DNA of 64,000 bases from Dudresnaya verticillata. Its lineage: Eukaryota. The notes beneath the pieces were generated by a model that did no database searches, was not told the origin of the DNA, and was given only the letters and a program-made list of their open reading frames with translations. The stretch covers positions 2,728,001 to 2,792,000 of the forward strand of contig OZ374558.1 of NCBI GenBank assembly GCA_977862235.1, in the 5' to 3' direction. Below are positions 12,280 to 26,066 of the stretch, in pieces; within the stretch, counting starts at the first letter, position 1; every line of letters starts with the position of its first letter. The position numbers were made by a program, and so were the translations under genes.

Positions 12280-15200
12280 CTAATTATCAGGGAAAGGTAT
12301 CGCTTTTTGGCCGTGATACCTTTCAACTAAATTGTGAGGGGGATGCCCTTTTGGTTCCCATGTGTCCTTTGAGGCCGGGCTCTGGAACCACCGCACACGA
12401 TAGAGGTGTTTGTCGGGGTCATAGGAAACGATCCTTTCATACACGTGTTCGCGTGATGGCGCCTTCTTGAAGCGCGAGAATTTGCGGCTTGACGTCCCTT
12501 CCGTCACTTTCGGTGCAGGCGATGGCGCGTCCACACCCTCATCTCTAGGAGCATTCTCCTGTCGTTGGGGGACAACAGGCGCAGTATGGGCACCGCCAGG
12601 TTGCGGATCCCCACCTGTGTCAGCCAGTGTCTCGTCTTCAGCACCAGGTGCTTCGGTATCTGCCGGTTCATTACCGCCTGATGCGGTGTTCATCGGGGGC
12701 CCAGTGCCGTTTGTGTTGGGCCCGTCGGTTGGCCCAGTTGGGCTACTTGAAGGTGCTGCACCTGTCTCCGGTGGCATTTCCACTACCGTGGGACTCATGT
12801 CTAATGCCAGCGGCGCCTCGTGTGGCGATGGAGCCAAAGTGACTCGGTCCAAAGAGATTGTTTCTCTGTCCCCCTTGATGTCGAGAACCACCACATGGGT
12901 TCCTCTCTCGAGAATCGTATATGGCCCAAGGGCTTTCGGGAACAGTTTCCCTTCCCTCGCCACACCTGAAGCGTCCTTCACTTTGGTTTCCCGTTCGAGG
13001 AATACCCACGACCCAAGACGTACCCTTTGGTTAGCCGGTCGAATGCGGTTATTAAAGTTGGTTTCATAGCGCTTTTGCGCTAGTTGCATCCTCGGCAGAG
13101 CCGTATCCATGACCTTTTCCAGCCGAGCGGTTAGGCGCTTCTTGACGTTCGTAGCGGGTATCCCGTCAATGTCTACCGTTTCCGCTTGTTCCAATAATAG
13201 GGAAGTTGGCGGATTTGACAAAACCAAGTCAAAAGGGGCTAGCCCTGTAGCGCGATGCACTGTCGTATTGTAAGCGTACGTGAGCGCTGAGGTGAACTCG
13301 TCCCAGTCCCTCTGGTCTTCCGCTATGAAGTGGCGAAGGCCCGCTAGGATGGTGCGGTTGAACCTCTCGGTTTGCCCATTAGTTTGGGGATGGTATGTCG
13401 ACGTGAACATATTACGAATCCGTAGGATATCGCACACGGCGAGAAAGAACTTAGAGGCAAATTGAGACCCATTGTCTCAAAGGACGTAACGGGGCGGTCC
13501 ATAGATAAAGACCCAATGGTCGCAAAACGCCTTCGCCACTGTATAGGCGGTTACTGTTTTCATCGGTATCGCTCGCGTCAGCTTTGAGAACCGGTCCGTC
13601 TTAACCAACAGGAACTCGTTTCCTTTCCCGGAGCGGGGTAACGGGCCCAGGATATCGATTCCTACGAACTCTAACGGCATGGTTGCCGGGAAGAGTTTCA
13701 TATGCGAAGCATGTTTCGGCAACTTCACCCGCTCTTGCGCGCACTTGACACAATTACGCACTGTGGCGTACACATCCAATGCCATCTCTGGCCAATCTAC
13801 CTGTCGTAGCAGGTTATGCTACATCCGGGTGCCACCCGGGTGCCCCGCCATTTCGGGGTAGTGGGCTAGGTGTAACGCCCTTTCCTTAAGAGAACGAGGT
13901 ATGAGAACCTGTATCGCCTTGTCGATATACGACTTCCGGACTAGGATTCCTCGTTCGTCCTCGAGATAACAACCAGGCTTCCCGGCCTCGAGGTTCCTTC
14001 GGACCCAGATACAGAATTCATCTGTTTTCTGCTCACGGAGCAACTCTTCTGTGGTGATGAGGGATAGTCCCTTTTGTCCAGATTCCTTCTCGGTCACTTG
14101 GGCGATGAACATTTCGTCATCCGAATCGGACTCATCGACGGGTTCTATTTCCCACGCTTCCAACGGTCGCGTGTTGGGCTCCGGTCGCGACAATTCGCAG
14201 GGTTCGTCCCTCGGATCAGTCTCGAGGACTAAACACGGGATCTCCAGATCCGGTTCCTATGGCGTGAAGCCATACGTGGGGAACCGAGATACGGCATCAG
14301 CAATCTGATTCTTTTTGCCTTTTCGATACTGGACCGTGAAGTCGTATTCCAGGAGGCGTAATCTCCATCGGGCCAACCGTCCAGAAGCATCTGTCATTCT
14401 CATCATCCATTTCAGCGTTTGATGGTCTATATACAGGTCAAAGTGGGACCTTTCTAGATAGGGTCTGAGCAATTGTGCCGCCCAGACCACTGCTAGGCAC
14501 TCCTTTTCGCCTACAGAGTAATTCTTCTCTGCCTTCGTCAGCCCTCGGCTCCAGAAGCCTATCGGGTGTCGAGTCCGTCTTCTTCGGCTTGCATCAGCGC
14601 GCAACCAATTTGGTAGTCCCACGCGTCGGTATCCACCGATAGGGCCTTACCCTCTTGTCCTAAGAATAGGAGGCGCTATTAGCGCTGTCTTCAACAATCC
14701 GAACGCCTCGCGTTGACGTTCATTGAACTGCGGTAGTTCAAAGCCCACTTCCTTCTGTAGGAGGGCATTGAGCGGAGCTGCCACGCGAGCAAAGTAAGGT
14801 ACGAATCGCCTGTAGACGTTGTATAGACCGATGAAAGACCTTAGCTGGGTCTGGGTGGTCGGTTCCTTGAAGCCTTCGATGGCTTGCGTATTCTTAGTCG
14901 GCACTTCTAATAAACCCGGACGGATGACGTGCCCTAAGTAGTCGACACTCTTTGTGAATAAGTTACACTTCTTAAGTTTCAAGGAGACCCCTGCTTCTTG
15001 TAATACAGAGAGAATCTCTCTTACATGCGTGACATGTTCGTCGACAGTCGCGGAGAATACGATAATATCGTCGAGGTATACGAGGCACGATTTCCATCGA
15101 AATCCTGATAAGAGGATGTCAACCATTCGCTGAAAGGTCGCCGGGGGGTTGCATAGCCCAAAGGGCATCCTGCAAAATTGGAAGCAGCCCGCATGGCAAG

Positions 15201-16800
15201 TAAAAGAAGTCCTATGCTTATCCTCCGGGGAAACCGGAATCTGCCAGTAGCCCGAGTTGCAATCTAAGGTTGTGAAATATTGGGCTTCGCCCAGGGAGTC
15301 CAAACACTCATCCATGCGCGGCAGAGGATACGTATCCTTCACTGTAATCGCGTTCAGCTTGCGATAGTCAACGCAAAAGCGGAGTGACCCGTCGGGCTTC
15401 TTAACCAAAACGACGGGGCTGGCAAACGCAGAGCGTGCAGGCTCTATGACGCCTTCTTTGAGCATTTTGTCGACCTCATCCTGTTCTGCTTGACGGGCTT
15501 TAGGGCCCTACCGATAAGGTTGCGTAAACACAGGTTTTGAACCTTCTTGAAGCTCAATACGGTGTTCGGTCACCTTAATGGTGCAGAGTTGTCCATCCCA
15601 CATACCGTCGAACGGTTTAAGTATTTTGCGCACGCGACGCCGATCCGAAGTGGACAGGTGTTCCAGCGCGAGGTCATCGACCGTAATAGCGGTTGTCGCT
15701 GATGTCGCGAGTTTGATTCCAGGCTTAGAGTCTATATCCGTCTTCAGAGCAGCAGCAAGCCCCGCCCCCCCTACATCGGAAAATGTTTCGGACGAGGGAA
15801 GCGAGTCACTGTCAGGAACATTATCCTTGATGGAGACAGTGTAGACCGGCGTCTGCGTGGGCGCCGGTACAGCCTTTCCAAGGCTTTGATTCTTGGAAAG
15901 CCGTTGAGGACGCGAAGAAAAGTTCGCGACCTTGACGTGAAAGAGCCGGTTCTCTTGAATGTTGACGATTCCATTCGTCAACACGACTTGTCGGCGCTCG
16001 TATATGCGGGGTAGGGATCCCAGGAAATGTGTTCCTTTGGCGGAACAGGTAACAGGAACCCATGACTCACTGCCGGGCAGTAAAGTAGTAGTTTGTGCGA
16101 CACGAATGAGTCGCGAGGTAGGTAACGGGGGAACGTCCATTGGTTCTTCAGACCTGCCCTCACGAGGTATACCGCATCGGCGGCGTAGAATTGAGTGAAT
16201 GGATCCGTCGCGAAGAACCATGTTCTGTTGGCGGACGCGTAACCCTTCCACGTGGGTATCGATAAATGTGCAACCCAATATGGCATCTGCTGTCAATGTC
16301 CTTACGACAACAAAAGGTTGCCGAACCGTGTAGGACCCGAGCCTGATTATCAGGGAGACTGTTACCAGTGTAGTTAGTCGGTGACTTGACGCGGAGGTCA
16401 AGTTCACAATTGACCGTGTTGTAGAAATCCGTTTCTTGTCTTTCGGTGATAGAAAATCCGCGCGGATGAGATTAGGGCCTGCTCCTGTATCCAGTACGGA
16501 GAGCACACGAGTAAGATCGTCAACAGAAGTCCCGATGGACGCAGCTACTTTATAATTGTAGCGCGACAAGGAGCAAACGGGATCCTTACAATACTCGTGA
16601 TACTTCCGTCCGGGGGGTAAGCCCACGGGATGCGCTAAGATCTTCTTGGGAAGAGAAGTGACAGATTCACTAACAACCGGCCGATTCGTTGATGAGAAGC
16701 TTTCGAAGCTGTAGCTCGAGGAGCTGGATTCAACGTACCGATCGGGGGGTTCTGATGTCACCTGGGATATGTGGTGTACCGAAACGGGTTCCCCCCTCGC
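12280..16800 (-). pseudogene. pol: Gypsy A pol (PR, RT, RNase H, INT, chromodomain)
   Basis: LDTGAGPN; FCVDYRKLN, MPFGL, YLDD; EKECLAVVWA; DILGPL, QTNGQTERFN; YRVRW...DTWEP; several stops and frameshifts. Confidence 0.95.
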
Positions 16801-19484
16801 TAGTTGTTCGCCTTCATTGCGGGCGACCGCGGTAGCGGTGGAGGTGGTGGAAAGGTGCGAGACCCTTGGTGTGGTGACCGGGGCGTTTGCCTCGGAGCGT
16901 CGATGGGTTGGTTCAGTCGAGGTTGAAATTGAACCTGTCGATTTCCCCCTTGACTTGCACCCAAATTTTGACGGGGATCCATCCGTTGCCCTATGGGCGG
17001 CCCGGCGGGCACTCGCGCATTAGCTCCGGCAGTCGGCCAACGGTCGCCAGCCACGCTTTTTGCTCGTATGATAGTTGATGAAACTGTCTCATTTTTAAAG
17101 TCTCAAAAGACTGCTCATCGGTTCGAGCCAAATGCGGACAGTTGGGCTTTTCATGGCCAATTGCGTAGCATTCGAAGCAGATATCATTGGGTTGGTCTTC
17201 AACCGTCACCAACCCAGGGCGTTGAGTCCTGGTTGGCTGTGCCCAGGCTGGGAGCCTATTATTGTAGTTCTGCAGTACCGCGTCAACTTCACCGTGATAC
17301 GGTTGGTCGTAATAATACTGTGTCGACCACGAATCCGATTGGGTCGCTGTTGATGGTGGCGCTTCGTTAGTGATGGCGGCCACGACTGCGTCTTCGCTTT
17401 CCGCATCAGAGCCGCTGCTCTTTGAAGTATCCGAATCGGAGGCGGATGCATCCTTCGCGTGGCGAATTAGGAGCGCCCGCCCGGACTTGTGGGTACGAAC
17501 CTTCTTTAAGGTCTTCCTTGGTAGCGTCCTATTCGCTTTTGGCGTTCGTCGGCCACCCACTAGCGCCCGATGGGAATCTCCCTGTGCAGTCGCAAGCTCG
17601 ACGTAATCCGCCAGTCTGGTAGCCCTTGGGTCCAATGACGACGTACTTAAAAGCGGCTTCACCGCTGGTAACAAACCCCGAATAGACCTGGTTATCAAGT
17701 CTTGTTCGGTGTACACCCCAGCGACTCGACGCGCTTTGTTCTGCAACCTTCTCGAGAAAGTAACCTCGTCCTCATCTGGCTCCTGCGCCATCGTGTCTAT
17801 CTCAGAGGCAATACTATTAACGTAGACATCCTTGGCATAGGTCCGGAGAAGGTAATTCACGGCTTTGGGCCATTCGGTGAAACCACCATCGTCGTCACCC
17901 GCAGCGTCAAAATTCGGTTCAAAAATATCCTTCGCATCCTTCTCGAGGAACTCGGGGATGACGAGGATAGCGGCACCTTCCCTGATATGGGCTTGATCGA
18001 GCTGCCTCTTCAGCGTGGCTAAGAAGCCAATAATTGACACCGGGTCACTCCCGTCAAAACGGCGACTCCGCATAACGGACTTGGCGTGTTTGATTTTCTT
18101 CGTGGTCGCCTCGGTCACCTTGGGCCCGCGGTAATCATCAAGGTTCAATAACTTATATCTTCTATAAGACAGTACCTGTATGAAGGCGGGATTGCTAGGA
18201 GTCAGCTCCTTCACACCGGAACGTGGAGGACCCCGCCAGGAAGACCACGAAGGTCTAGAGTGCGAACGGGAACCCGGTCCTTCTTCATCCGATGGACCTG
18301 GATTAGGGTGAGACCCTGACCGAGGATTCTCTTCGTGACGATGACTCGAATACCGGTCACGATGAGAATCCACTTGATCGCGGTGCGCAGAAGACCCAAT
18401 TGGTCTTTTGCACTTGCAACCCTGTTGGCAACGGCCTCCATCCCCTTCACCTTGGGACCCACTGTCCGACCCCCTATGGGGTCGCCTCCTACGCCTGTCG
18501 CGCGTGCCGCGAGGCACCGGTGAGCGTCGTCTCATGGCTTCAGGGATAGTATCCCTCTCGCGGATTACGCGCCGCAATTGCAGTTCCAGAAAAGGGACAC
18601 GATGCTTTTCCTCATCGTGTTCTTTCCTTAGGACCTCGATGGCTCTGTCCTGTTCAACGCACCTTGCGTTGTCTACGTTAAATTGAACGTCCGCAATAGC
18701 CATTGCGGTTTCTGTCCTGGAAAGGTCGGCAGCCTTAGTGGCTTCATCTATTTCCAGGTGGACCGATTCCAATTGGTCCCCTAATGAGTCCACTTAGGCT
18801 TGTAGGGTCTCGACCCTTTCCTCTTCTAAACCCCTCAAGGGGCGTTGTTGGCAACGGGAAAATGACTTCTTCTTGGCACTTAGCCAGTAGCTGGTCGTCT
18901 CGACGAGCGGTGGCGTCGTCGAAATAGCGTTTCACTCGTGTGAGGGTTTCGTCCGCCTGGTTTTCAAGCAGCGCCAATACGCTAGTTCCGAGAGCATTCT
19001 CGATGCCGGTCTCAACCAAGTGACCGATCTCATGCTCAGTGAAGCACCGTTGGTCGCTTGAGTTTGCCTTCGTTCTCATCGGCATTCCGATATCGGGTGG
19101 AAGCGATGAAGTCGTTTCTTCTTCTAAGGCCAGTCCGCCTGTGTCGTGCTGGCTGTACCCAACTTGAAGCATCGGCGGCGGCAGCATACTAGGGTCCGGA
19201 CCCTCATTCGCACCGATGTTGGCGGTGCTTGCGGCTGCAGTCCGGGCCGTATTTTCTCCTTCAGGGAACTGTCCCTTTCCATGGACAGACGGGTCCTCGT
19301 CCCCTGGTGCGCCCGCCATTCGGGGCGGGCGTTCCAATTCTCCTACTGTAGGATCTCGAGCCAGAGCGGCTATTACAGCACGGGTTCTTGCTCCCGTGGT
19401 TCTCACGGAGGATAAGCTGCCGGTACGGCTACAACCCCGGCTCATTAAGCCTGGGCGGGTGGTTTCACCGTTAGATGTCGGCAT
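16800..19484 (-). pseudogene. gag: Gypsy A gag
   Basis: RFDGSDP capsid-like block; zinc knuckle CFECYAIGHEKPNC; pieces 18744-19484, 16991-18793, 16800-17054. Confidence 0.85.
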
Positions 19485-19969
19485 CTTCTAAACGAGGTTG
19501 TTATCGATCATCTTGAAACGTAGGATTCGGTCCTGTGGTTGCTCTTATCGGGGAACTTCTCCCTATGATGGGAAACCTCTCAGACCCGTTGTTCTCGGGG
19601 TTACGGGCGATTCTGTCCACGTGGAACTCCCAACGTGCGCGCCTGCACAGCCCGTATACAGACGTGTTTTTGATGACAGGTGTCACGATAAACTGCAGGA
19701 AGAGTTTCTTGAAAGGGCGTCACTCCACGACCAGGATCTTATTCCTTGCACACGATTGAAAACCGCAGAAGCGGTTGCTGTTGCTTGCCTCGAATTTGAC
19801 GCCACTTCGAAGCTTGGTATGAAGCTGAGAAACCGTCGACACTTAGCCGACTAGGATTTCACCCTCAGGAATTTGTTCCTTGGATTCTTGCACGGGGAAT
19901 TCTCGTCCCGTGTGAAGGTCCGAACGACGACTTGCGGATGAGGTAGTAAAAAGGGGCCGACCCTGAAAA

Positions 19970-19990
19970 CGATTCTAGGTCGGGAGACCA
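19970..19990 (-). promoter_or_regulatory. Primer binding site, tRNA-Tyr-like
   Basis: TGGTCTCCCGACCTAGAATCG, 1 nt from the LTR end; complement ends ...CGGGAGACCA like yeast tRNA-Tyr. Confidence 0.75.
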
Positions 19991-19991
19991 C

Positions 19992-20636
19992 TGTAGTAGT
20001 ATGGCCCGTCAAGGCAGAGACCCGCCAACCGGCAAGGACAGCTGTTCTGACGGTGCACAACACACTAGCTTAGGTAGCTCGGGGAAAGGGGCTGGTAGAG
20101 ACTTTGAAAGGAACAGAGCCTAAGGGAAAAGGGGAAAAAGGGGCGGTGCCACCCAGCTCGCACAGAGCAACCGTCGTGTGGAGGCAAGGCTCGTAAAGCA
20201 CCTGAAAGGGAGGTTACGGTGAGTCCGTGAATTCCAGAAAAAGGGTAAAGACTCGAAACCCACCGTGGGTTCTATTCAGGAGGCCCCTGCTACTCAGGGG
20301 CCTATTAAGTATACAGAGCCGAAAATGCTCTTACCTCCTATGAGCTATTCCAAGCTATTCGAGCTGTAATTATTAATCTAAATGTACTGTTGTCAGTTAT
20401 AAATACGGATTAGTGGTAGTACCGCGCCGGGACGCGTGAGCGGCCACAATAGATTACCCAATGGCAATTTGCCATCAAATTTGGTGCCAGCAAGGACGCC
20501 AACGGGGCGCATCATCCTTACAGCGCACGACGCTTGTGTGCGCCTTACAGCTTGATGCGAGTGCACTTCTTACACCTTAATGCGCACACATGACTTACAG
20601 TGCGCCAGCACTTCTGTTGCGGCTCATTCTTCCACA
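19992..20636 (-). repeat. Gypsy A 5' LTR (645 bp)
   Basis: TG...CA termini, adjacent PBS, match to 7647-7961. Confidence 0.92.
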
Positions 20637-21215
20637 CCCAGTGACGCTCTCCGGCATCGAGCGGTTGAGAGGGCCGCTGCCCGTTACGCCCCACGTGTGC
20701 CCACGGATAGCCGTTACCCGTACGTGTCGACACGGGTATGGGCGCACGCTCGCACACCTCCCACGTTGGTGTTGTGGGGCGCACCTACTGTAGAATAGCC
20801 GTAGTGTACATAGCGTAGGGTATTTAAGGCCGTCTGCCATCGACGGTTCAGTAAACTGGGCAAGCAACAGCGCGTGCTCAAGCTTGCCCCCAACCTCTTC
20901 CGGTTCGATCCCTTTGCCTTACGCCAGTGGGCGGTTTCCCTTTTACCCCTTGCCTAGCTAGGCTTTTCCCTTTTCCTTTTCCTTTCCGTCGGCTTCGTGC
21001 CGCACTTCGACAGGGACGCCGGGATCCGGCCGCTACCTACCCGCGTACGGTACGCCCCGTGCGCGCTCCGGCATTGACTACGTCGATCCGCACCTGCAGA
21101 GCGCACGCGGCCGACACCGCTCTACCACACACAGCAGCTACCCATCGACGGGTCTGTGTGGCAGCTTCGGACCAGCGAGTATTATACGTCGGATCGACCG
21201 GACGTCTATACTACA
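20637..21215 (+). mobile_element. Family-B LTR (solo or 3' LTR), 5' part cut by the Gypsy A insertion
   Basis: Reverse complement of 29632-29936 and 41724-42140; ends TATACTACA; no PBS follows. Confidence 0.88.
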
Positions 21216-24200
21216 ATGAGAAAGTATGTCTGGTAAGTGCTCTTGGATTTATTTCAGTGGTTCCCATGTCTTGTCTGAGTCGTCAGGAAGGCCTTCCCAT
21301 TCGATTCGGCTTTCCAGGTCCTGTTCCCGTAGTCTAATACCACAAAACGTTCTCGCATCTTGATAGCCTGCTTCTAGGTGTTCAGCGGCTCTCATGAGGG
21401 CATGGTCGACATCCTGTCTGTCCATATGAGCCCTTTTGAGAACTAGGCGTCGAACGTGAACAGTTTCTTTAGATCTTTTGATAAGGTCTTCTACTTCAAA
21501 GACAAGGCTTGACTTGACAGCAGTAATTCGTCGAGGCCCTATATATTTGAATTGGAGTTTGTGACCGCGATCAGCGGCCCGTCTGATGAGCACAAAATCA
21601 TCAACGATGAAGTTTACGGTGCTAATGTTTGTCTTCCTGTTGTGCGCCCGAACGTGATGTCGCCTGGAGGACTGCGTCTGCTCTTGAATATCCTTGTGCA
21701 TTTGCTGCAAGGCCTCCTGGATTTCTTTAATCTTGATAACCTGCCGAACATGCAGCTCGTCTTCTGTGTGGGCAGTACTAACCACATTTCTGCATCGGGA
21801 GAGCAGGTAGAAGAGGGCGCCTAGGAAGGTGACCAGTGAAGACTTCCAGCGGGGTACGGTAGAATCCCGGCGTATCTTGATTCTTGATCCCTAACCGCTT
21901 GACAGGAGCCATGTTTAGAACGCTTTGGATACATTCAACCGCAGCAGGCCAGTCTTGCGGTGCTAACTTCCATTCAATACAGAGAGCGCGACAGGCACGA
22001 AGAACTTCTCTACAGATCCGCTTCACAGACCCATTTGCCAAGGGTGAATAGGCTGTCGAAAAATGATGGTGCACGTGGAATTCGGTAGAGAGTTCTAGAA
22101 TGAACTGATTCTTGAAGTGGCTGCCTTGGTCACTCACCCTCCATTCCCTTGTGTGGCGCAAATCGCCTTCGCACAACACTGAAGAGTTCTTCAAAAAGTG
22201 GCCTACTTGCCCTCCCGCGACTGCCGACGACGAAGCGCAACGGGTGGTTCCTGTGGATCAACCGCTGCGCCTACGTTTGAGCTCAAAGCCAATTTTCGTA
22301 ATGGGCTCTGGCACCACGCGCGTACGCCAGCAATGATATTGGGGAAATCCCTTTGTAAGCCATCCCAGCTGACAGTTTCCCGCTGCCAGCAAGGATGGCC
22401 CCCTCACAACGACAACGCGCATACGTGCACACGTGGGCCCCTCGCCGCACACTGTCAAGCCACACTGCCAAGAGGCTGACAGTTGATCTTTTAGTATATA
22501 ATTATGGACTTGTGCGCGCCACGCAATGCCAAGTGGCGTACCCCCCTTCCACTACCTTAATCAGCCACCAAGGCGCATCCACCTCGTACATAGTATATTA
22601 GGGCCCTGAGGTGCGCCCTCATACAATAAACAGCCAAGCTTGGGCCCAGCGAGACATACCCTCCTACCCTATCGACTCCGTCGCTAGGCTGGACTCCAGT
22701 ACGTACGCTACCATTCTTCATCGTACAGAATCCTTTGTTTCCTTTGTTTTTCGTTTGTTCTATTTCCTTTCTGGGGTAATCCCCTTCTTGGTCTCTTCGT
22801 GTTTTACAGTCGCGCTACGGGGCTATCCCCTTGCTCTACCACTACCTCTACCGCACGCTACCACCGGGCCCACGAACTACTCGAGGTGCATCCTCTTTTC
22901 AACCCAGTGGATTTGCACCACATCTTGTTCCAAACGATGCTATCCAGGATGTAAGTGCCTCGGCAGCAGCGCCGCTATCAGCTCTTTCAGACGGGAACAG
23001 CCATATATACGAAGAGTGATCGTCTCGTATGATGAGTAGGTAGGCTTTCCCTTCTGTGCTTGCTTCCATGTACAGGAAGTCCAAATGAATGACTTCGTCG
23101 GGTCGCTATCCATGAAGGGCATGTGCGAGGGGCCGAGGAACATTTTCCCCAGAGCGAGTGATAAAACAGTGAAGACAGCCTTTTAACAACTCCTCCACAT
23201 CGCGATTTAGCGTCTCCCAGTATAAAGTCTCCTTTAGTACGCTTCAGATGTCGTCCACGCCCCGATGTCCTAGTATACCGCAATGTGACACAACGAGGAC
23301 TTTGAGTTGAAGTTCTTGTTCATCTTCTGGGATCCAGATAGATCCATTCTTTTTCCACAAGCCTTCTTCATTATCAAAACGGAAACCTAGCTTCTCGGCA
23401 GGTGTTATTAAAGACCGCTTTTGACATGACTTGAAACAGTCCATCTTTGGCCATTCGAAGTCCTGTGATGAGGGCACGATTTGTTCTGCTGATTGCAGGA
23501 GCAAACTAAAAATTGTCCGCGAAATTTTGCCTTCGTTTCTGTATCCCCGCACCCGTCTTGTAAGTATATCTGAAAATACGTTCCTAACTCCATCAATGTG
23601 TTCGATAACGTAGGGAAAATCTTGATAAATACAGTTCCCAACGTTGAACGTTTGACACTATGTGTCTACCGAGAGAAGGCTCTAGTAAAAGAAGTGCGAA
23701 TACAAAGAGCAAGTTCCTGTGGTTCTGTGTAGAGATGCACCGGCTGTGACCCAAAGAGAAAGTAGTCCAACTCCTCAAATGTCTTGAAGATGGCGTAAGC
23801 TTCCTTCTCGAAAGTACTCCATCCTAGTTCAGCGCCCCGGAAAGCAGATCCCAGGAACGCGAGTGGCTCGTGCCTCTGCTTCTCTGTAGGTAGCTCCAGC
23901 AGACCAGGACTGCATTGAGTAACTACAGAAGATCAGTACTGATCAGAGGCATCTGTAAACACGCAGAGAGACTTGTTTTCCTTAGGGTAGGACAGCTTAA
24001 CGGCATTGCGCAGAGTTCCCTGTAAGGTTAGGAAAGCCTTTTCGTGCTCAGCACCCCAGGCGAGTGTGCGCAAGGAAATGTTCTTGATGAAACGATTGGT
24101 ACGGCGGCCAGATTTGAAGCTTCCAGTAGGCAGAAATAAGTCGAGGCTGGCAAAGGAGGAGCTACATGCGAAATCCAGCACCTCGGAAGTCCATATGTGG

Positions 24201-24901
24201 TATTGGCCACGACTCGTTTATGGTGGCGGCATTCACAGGTCTGAGATCGATAGCCATTCGATACTTGGTCTTACCAGGCTTAGGTACGAGCAGCGGCGCA
24301 GCCTGCCATGGTGCAGTAGGCATCTCCTCACAGAAGTCTATCTGTATGAGCGCGTCGACGTACCTTTCAAGGAACATTCGTTGCTCCGGAGAGTACCTAC
24401 GCGCCTTCACTCGGACTGGATCCTTTCCAGTCTCAAGCCTGACCCTCATTGGTTTTACCTTTGCTGCTGGGATTTGCCCAGCCTTAGTCGAAAACCGGCT
24501 TATTCTTGACGAGAAGTTCCCCCCACTGAGCTGCACCCTCGGAAGACATTCTATTACTCTTAGCTTGCTCGACCAAGTTAGTAAGGGCAGCATCAATTTC
24601 TTCTGTGAATCTTCACCTAGGTCAATATAAACATCGCTTTCGTCCATGTTGTCCTGTTCGATGCCTCCTTCACTGTGGTTCGTACTACCTAATTCGAGAG
24701 CAGAGTTCCTGAGGAGGCTGTGGATTGAGCCTTGAACTGCAGCGTCTGGAAGTTCGGTTTCCTGGTCCCGTAACAACGAGGCGATGTCAACAGAACAGTT
24801 GAAGCGGTCCATGCTGAAGGGAGATACTGACGGTTATCGAGACCAAGAGCTGTCAGCAAAGGACGACCAAGAATGACGAGGTCAGTTGGCTTGTCACTGA
24901 T
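21216..24901 (-). pseudogene. pol: Gypsy C pol remnant (PR C-term, RT with internal deletion, RNase H, INT, chromodomain)
   Basis: ILGRPLL; YRMAIDLRPVN; VFTDASD; VSDQGSHFKN, ANGSVKR; IEWEGLPDDSDKTWEP; RT catalytic core missing at about 24118. Confidence 0.88.
22152..22922 (+). mobile_element. Solo LTR D inserted in the Gypsy C integrase
   Basis: TGTGGCGCAAAT...ATTTGCACCACA termini; TSD CCTTG/TCTTG; integrase resumes on both sides. Confidence 0.88.
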
Positions 24902-25737
24902 TGTGGCATAGACGTCAGGTCGAACTGACCTCTAGCGCGGCTGGTCTCGTAGTCGCACCCAGACCCATCGAAGGGTGGTAGCGGTGGTGGTAGAGCGGTG
25001 GTGTCGGCCGCGCGCGCCATCGACGGTCCCAGATCAACGGCGTCGAAGCCTGGGCGCGCACGGGGCGTACCGTACGCAGGCGGCAGCGGCCGGATCCCTG
25101 CGTCCCCGTCGTGGGGCGGCACGAAGCCGACGGTAGGGAAAGGAAAAGGAAAGCCTAGGCGGCTAGGGAAAGAGGGAAGCCGTAGGGCGAAGGACTGGGA
25201 AAGACACCCAAAGCATAAAGGGCAAGCCTGGCGTAGGCTGGCTTGCCTGGTTTACTGAAGCCCAGAGGGGCGACTACTAGATATACTACAGGGTCTGCGG
25301 CGGCACCAACCCGGGAGGTGCGCCGGCGCGCCCCAACACGCGTCAACGCGTACGGGTAACGGTAACCCGGGGGCGCGTGTGGGCGAAACGGTCCACACGT
25401 ACTCAACGGTTCGACGCCGGAGTGCGCGCGCGCGTGTCACGCACTCAACGGCTCTGCGCCGGAGTGCGTGCGCACGGGGCGCAGGACAGCAGGGCGTTCG
25501 ACCGCCGCCTACACTAAACGGTGCTGTACACTACAAAACAATAAACGTAGAAATTACATGGGAGTTTCAGTGTCACACGCGTACACGTGCACGCGCGGGC
25601 GCCACTACGCACTTCCTTACAGTTCAGCGGAGCTTCAGCGCCACCGGCTGACAGCGTGCGCACAGCAGTGCACACGTGGCGCAGCTGCTCTTACAGCTGC
25701 GCGTGCGTGGCACAGCTGGTCTTACAGCTATGCCACA
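24902..25737 (-). repeat. Gypsy H 3' LTR (836 bp)
   Basis: TGTGGCATAG...CTATGCCACA perfect inverted termini. Confidence 0.9.
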
Positions 25738-26066
25738 CAACCCCCCCTCAAGCGCGAACGCCTCGGTCGCGACCGTTACGACGGGCACGCTGCGGGGTGG
25801 CCAAGACGGCGCCCGGTATTGGCCAGCGGGCCCCCGGGCGTCCGTCGGTGACGGGCGTCGATGCCACGTCAGTTGTGCCCGCGCTGAGCCGCGACGGGCT
25901 ATTTAGGGAGCCGCCTCTGCGGCTCCGAGGGGGGTGGTCTGGTCATCGCTCACCACGACCACCAACACTCCCCTCTCAGGCGTACAGCTGCCTGTCGACC
26001 AGTGCCATATGCTCCAAGCTTCGACGCTCTGAACTTCCTCCCCCCATCGCCAGCGTCGACGCGGCG

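Larger units (their letters stand above)
7647..20636 (-). mobile_element. Ty3/Gypsy retrotransposon A with chromodomain integrase and antisense extra ORF
   Basis: LTR pair, PBS, PPT, gag-PR-RT-RH-INT-chromodomain order. Confidence 0.95.

Noticed and set aside
20281..20303. AGGCCCCTG/CAGGGGCCT hairpin as a terminator
   Set aside because: Lies within a eukaryotic LTR and has no U-tract; no function can be supported.
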